A stretch of DNA of 64,000 nucleotides from Torpedo marmorata. Lineage: Eukaryota. Made by a program: the position numbers and the translations under genes. The notes beneath the pieces were generated by a model. It ran no database searches, was not told the origin of the DNA, and saw only the letters and a program-made list of their open reading frames with translations. Where the stretch lies: positions 18,042,001-18,106,000 of the forward strand of contig OZ360233.1 of NCBI GenBank assembly GCA_977017645.1, written 5' to 3'. Below are positions 63,099 to 64,000 of this stretch, piece by piece. How positions within the stretch are numbered: the stretch's first letter is position 1; each line of letters opens with the position of its first letter.

Positions 63099-63473
63099 CA
63101 TTCTGATAATTTTCAATGGACGCTGTCACTAGGCGGCGCTCTTGGTAGCCGCCAGCCTATCCTGACCCGCCCATGGAATAAATGCGACAGCGAGATTTCC
63201 CTGGTGAGGGTCTTCTCACAATACAGAGTTGAGCAACAGGAGTTCATAGCTGCTCTGAGAAAAGACGTTTCTCTTTCTCTCAGTCTCCAGTGACGGAGGT
63301 TCTGAGGTGGAGGGGAAGAAGACCAAGTGATGCAGATTTGGGTGGACATTGTTTCGCGAGAGAGTAGCAGAGACAGGAAAATGTTGGCGAAAGGGATGGA
63401 GGGATAGTGTAGAATAAAGAGGGAGGGACTCAAACGGGACAGATGAGAGAGAGTGAGAAGAAATGAGGTAGAG

Positions 63474-64000
63474 ATTTAGATAAAAATCTATGAATCTTCA
63501 TATCATCATGATCAATCTCAGATCTATATAAATTCTGATAATTATCTTTAAAAGATTCATTTATTTCTTGTGGCTTATAAGTTATTTCCCCAGTATTTCT
63601 TTTCCTTATAGCATTTATAGTTTTAGAAACTTGTTCTTTTTTTAATTGCCATGATAAAACCTTATGAGCTTTTTCCCCTAATTCATAATATCTTTGCTTC
63701 GTTCTTTCAATTAATTTTTCAGTCTTACGAGTTTGTAATAAATTATAATGTAATTTCCTCCTAACTAAACGATTTCTCTTAAAAATTGACTTATTTCTTT
63801 GTAAATCCTTTTCCATGAATTCAATCTCCTTCTCTAATTTTTCTTCTTCTTTCAAATAATCTTTCTTAATCTTTGCTGAAAAACTTATTATTAAACCTCT
63901 TAAATAAGTTTTCAAAGCTTCCCATATCATACATTTATCATTAATCGAATTGTTATTTATTCTTAAAATGTCCTGAATTTCTTTTCTCATATATTCACAA
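63474..64000 (-). mobile_element. L1/Tx1 ORF2 internal fragment (same family as 6703-9932), runs off the window edge
   Basis: ORF 63430-63990 reads WEALKTYLRGLIISFSAKIKK..YYELGEKAHKVLSWQLKK. There is no 3' tail at the left junction. Confidence 0.88.

Larger units (their letters stand above)
3441..63473 (+). repeat. Tandem segmental duplication array of a four-V cassette (9 units)
   Basis: The order Rex fragment - A - B - C - orphan leader - D repeats. Spacings between successive D-gene starts are 5289, 5142, 6737, 2655, 6909, 9762 and 5664 bp. Confidence 0.92.

Overview
This is eukaryotic vertebrate DNA, most likely from a cartilaginous fish (ray or shark), judging by the CR1, Rex/Babar, Penelope and L1/Tx1 repeats and the V-gene style. 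The window is a tandem array of 33 T-cell receptor alpha/delta-type variable (TRAV-like) segments, all on the + strand. The intact layout is a 46-nt leader exon, a ~76-83 nt intron, a 301-nt V exon and a 23-bp-spacer RSS (CACACTG-23-ACAAAAACT). The segments form nine copies of a ~5-7 kb four-family cassette (A-B-C-D). Eight look intact (ATG at 15070, 20359, 32238, 34893, 41802, 51564, 57228, 60255) and 25 are pseudogenes. Every D-family V is preceded by a second intact, in-phase leader exon that has no V exon of its own. Retroelements include two long CR1 LINEs (one with an L1/Tx1 nested inside), further L1/Tx1 copies with target-site duplications, Rex/Babar fragments, and Penelope fragments carrying a variant hammerhead motif. 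A decayed SAP-domain ORF with a YY1/NRF1 promoter lies at 2.1-3.4 kb. I recognised no D, J or C segments. Coordinates were counted by hand, and repeat boundaries are approximate.
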